Source: the human T2T-CHM13v2.0 reference genome, Homo sapiens
Strand: one strand, 5' to 3'
DNA: 64,000 nucleotides
Assembly: GCF_009914755.1 (NCBI RefSeq)
Contig: NC_060925.1
Under the pieces are notes generated by a model that was not told the DNA's origin, did no database searches, and saw nothing but the letters and a program-made list of their open reading frames with translations. Of this stretch, positions 60,350 through 64,000 are shown one piece after another. Each line of letters begins with the position of its first letter. The first letter of the stretch is position 1. The position numbers and the translations under genes are program-made.

Positions 60350-60573
60350 CATTTCTATACTGATTAGTGCAAAATGATATTAAATATTAAACCTCCAGAC
60401 AGAAAACTGATAACTGGCCTAATAGATTCACTTAGTAACTTTCTAATGTGAGTATTTGCTGACTGGGCACTAATTAATAAAATTCTTTCAAAACTTTAAT
60501 GATTGCACAAGAGTATTTTTAGAACTTTATGAAGGTTTTCAGTCTATTCATTAATAGTGGCACAAATCCACAA
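60350..60573 (+). repeat. Local duplication, copy 2 (pairs with 58446-58663)
   Basis: Direct alignment by eye. Confidence 0.9.
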
Positions 60574-61479
60574 ACAAAGTTTATCTAGAGAATTAGCATT
60601 AAACAATGCAGTTCCAGAAGGTACAGTATAAGGGTTTAGTTGGGGGGAAATGGTTGGGGAAGAATGGTGATTGGGCAAATTGGAGAAATACTGAACTTTA
60701 TAGGAGAGTGTTCAGGTAATAAGGGATACTGCAGGAGTGTTTTTACTTAGTGTGGTTACTGAAGTATACAAAAATGTAAGCAGTGGTTCTGATGATCTCT
60801 TTTGTAGTGGTGGAATTTGCCTCTCTAGTAGAGAGAAGTGGGTAGAGGTAGAGTGGGAGGAATGTGTTCTTATCACTACTGTTGATGGTGTTAAGGCCAT
60901 GAAAGAACATCTTACCATGAGTGCAAGAACGCCCTCACACATTCCTTTATCCTGCTCAGGCAATGTCAAAAGTTGGAAAGTGGGCAATCTGTCCAAGAAC
61001 ACAATGAGCTGGGTGGGGTGGGGGGGTTTGAATCTGTCAAGGGTGATATTGTGGAAGGGTTCCAGTTTAACACAGCCCACATCCCTCTCCACTGTCTCAT
61101 ACCTAACTCCTTCAAACATTTTCATTATTTGCCTAGTTCCTGAAAAAGTACAGTAACCACCATGGATTGGCAGGAAGAATACCAAGAGACCTGAATTCTG
61201 ACTTTTTTTAAAAGACCACATTATAACTAAATACAGTCACAGGATAACAGCAGGTTAAAAAGACCTCCTACAACCACCCAGAGGCTGGCTAGCAGGAGCG
61301 CTGTCAAGGCTGAACCATCTCCCTGCTGACTACCTTTCTTTCTGAAAGACAGTAAGCAAAAAGCACTTGCTTGGAATGAAAGAAAAATGCTTAAAATAAG
61401 CACACAAGATTAAAACATGAAGAATCATTGCTTTGATACTTCATTTTTTCAATCTATACAAAAATAGCAGCACAGTTAC

Positions 61480-61553
61480 CTATAATTCCCCATATGTCGA
61501 TTTTCATGTTCTTCTCGTGAGATCTGCTTTCGTACTTGAGCGAGTCTCTCTTT
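61480..61553 (-). CDS. TTLL7: TTLL7 exon 12 KERLAQVRKQISREEHENRHMGNY(R)
   Basis: tttccag|AAAG acceptor, TAG|gtaact donor, 74 nt, phase 0 to 2; preceded by an 86-nt intron. Confidence 0.96.
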
Positions 61554-61639
61554 CTGGAAATGAGAAAAATTTTACAAATAAAATCCAACAAGTGAATTAT
61601 GCAATTTAAATTGTGGGTACTTTCTTAAAACTTTCATAC

Positions 61640-61787
61640 CAACTCTTCTTTCCGCCTCTCCAACTGGTGTCTCTGCTGTTCCCAGTCTGAGGAGCCTGGT
61701 AAGAGCCTTTTAATTGAATTTTGACCATAGAGCCTCCTTTGAGCCTCAGCTTTTTGTTTGGCCAAGTTTCTTCTTTTGTCACTGGTC
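61640..61787 (-). CDS. TTLL7: TTLL7 exon 11 (R)TSDKRRNLAKQKAEAQRRLYGQNSIKRLLPGSSDWEQQRHQLERRKEEL; cationic microtubule-binding region
   Basis: tttag|GACC acceptor, TTG|gtatga donor, 148 nt, phase 2 to 0. Confidence 0.96.
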
Positions 61788-62949
61788 CTAAAATATAAAA
61801 CATAAGACCATATTCTAGAACTCGAACAAGTTCTGATCTTATCCCTGTGAGGAGAATTTGCAGAACAGGAGACATAGTGAAGCTCAGAATCAATGTTTAT
61901 TAAACTTATATATTCACTTACATTATATTCATCTAACCATACCTCAAATATGGCACTCTGACAATAGATATGGTAAACAGAAATTCTGAAGATACAGAGA
62001 CAAAATGGAAATAGTGCATGTTTTAGAGGATCAGAGAGACCTAGTTTCACATTTTGCCCCAACAATTTACCACTATACAATCTTGGGCTGGTCAATTAAC
62101 TGCCTAGTTTGGATATAGTTTCCCCGTCTAAAATGTCAGCAATACTGTTTCCTCCTTGAGTTCTTATAAGATTAATTTGTGGTAACATTAATAGGTACTT
62201 AATATGTAATGGTTCTCTTCTCCTTCTTCAACCCAATTCCATTTATACTGACCACTCTTTAATACATTTTCATTTCTGACCGAAATCTCAGCCTAACAAT
62301 CATCATTTATTTGAAAACATCTGCATAGTCCTTCCCATTTTTTACTCAATTATGAAAATTTACTTATAACTCTCTGATTTTTAAGGAAAAGTCCTGTTTT
62401 GGGATTATTTTCCTCTAAACCACTTTCTCTCTCTTCCCTGCCACGTAGCTGGTGAAATAACACAAGCCTGAGGATTTTTCTCTCCAACCCCTTCAACTTA
62501 AACTCTACCATACCATCATTGAAAGACCTAGCAGGAACAGGGTGTACTCCAAGAAAAAAGGAAAAGCAAGGCCAATTCTGACCCCACCTTTAGAAGAAAC
62601 AAACAAACAAACAAACAACAAAAACAAAACAGAAAGTTCTATCCTTAAGCTTACATTTCCATGCTTCTATTGTCATTAGGCTGGTAGGGCCCAGATAAGA
62701 GTGTAAACCAAAGGAAAGGCGACAAGAAGGCCATTTGGCTAGCTTCTAGTGCAGAGGTAAGAGAAGTGCTTATGTTTACATATTGCCTCATTTAATTCAT
62801 CATGAGATTGCATGAAGAATATGAGTCGAAGGCCCTAAACAATAAAGAGAGTTCTTTTGCCTCAAGTATGTACCATCACAACTTGACCTTGCAGGAATGT
62901 TAGGAAACTGATCCATTCTCTTTCATGACAACATTCAGGCTTGAGTAGC

Positions 62950-63440
62950 AAGAGGTCAACAGGTGGTCAGGTAAAAGGAATAATTTGAGAAAATAAATAA
63001 ATGCATCCAGAAAACTGCAAGTCATTCAGGATTACTGGAGCTCTGGGTGAATGCAAGAAACTCAGCTTCTCACATGGACTTGAATACTAGGTTATTGAGC
63101 CTCAAATTTAACTTTACACAATGAAGGAGAACATAAATTTTTAAAAGAGGGCATAATTATATTTGTATATGTTAAAGATTATGCTCTTGGCAGTATATAC
63201 AGTGGCTTAGAAGTAGATGAGAAAAGAAGCAGAAAGTTAAGATGAGATGCTATTTCATTAACAAATATAAAGTATGAGGGCTTGGAACAGGGGAGCAACA
63301 AAGGGATTAGAGAAAAAAGGTAAGTTTAGAGTAATATTTTGGAGGAAGAATGGATATGCTCTGGTGACTAATTCAATATGAAGAATAAGAAAGAGAGATG
63401 AACTTGTGATGACACCAAGAGTTCTGATTTTAGTGAGTCC
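62950..63440 (-). mobile_element. L2 fragment
   Basis: Purine-rich reverse L2 body (gagtaatattttggaggaagaatgg...tggtgactaatt). Confidence 0.5.
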
Positions 63441-64000
63441 ACTGGCATTTTCAATGATGAATACAAATTTGGCTCTGAGTTTCCCCTAATTAAGGGTAAA
63501 GGAAATGCCATGGTTTAGGTAACTCTTTAACTTTTGAATTTTTTCATTTTATTATATCTAGAGCAATCATTTTATCATTCTATCATATACCAATGAATAT
63601 ATTATCATACATCCATTTAAAATGGATAAAATTTGTCCATTTTATCTAGAATGATCATTTCTATATAGCATTCAGTTTAAAAGAAAAAGAAGACAGGAAA
63701 AGAAAATAGAAATGAAAAGAGGAATAGAGAGGAACAAAGACTAAACAATCCACAAGAGAAAAAAAATAGAGGAAGCAAAAAAAGGGAATGAAAAACTAAG
63801 AGGAGATGAAAATAAAGAAAGATGAGATGATATGATGAGTATTCTATGAAAAAAATAAACACAGATCTATATGAATATCTACAGCAAACAAAACACTCAT
63901 AGACAAAGATACTTATACACAAACAGTTTGAACACACACAAAGAAGAATAACAAAAATAAGCACATAGAAGTTCCTTCAGACACATTAAGAAACAAAGAA

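Overview
Human (or near-identical hominid) genomic DNA containing the 3' half of TTLL7 (tubulin polyglutamylase) on the minus strand. I traced 11 coding exons by hand (61640-61787 down to 10309-10429). All have GT/AG boundaries and consistent phases, and together they encode the C-terminal ~507 aa, ending ...NVLFTSRYGHL*. A ~4.9 kb 3'UTR follows, with AATAAA at 5393-5398. A CpG-island promoter at ~850-1540 lies ~4 kb past the TTLL7 3' end, probably that of a lncRNA (LINC01725, from memory). The rest is intron filled with Alu, L1PA, old L1M, L2, MIR, THE1/LTR16/MLT1 LTRs, MER2 and simple repeats. I found no unambiguous novel system. The best leads are: (1) an apparent gene-conversion patch shared by two L1s of different subfamilies 34 kb apart; (2) a short L1 3' transduction; (3) a ~220 bp non-repeat duplication bracketing exon 13; (4) an in-frame stop plus poly(A) signal just inside intron 15, suggesting a short isoform; (5) several frame-coherent cryptic exon candidates in introns 12 and 18. 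Exon numbers assume the 21-exon canonical model, recalled from memory. Repeat subfamily calls are by eye.
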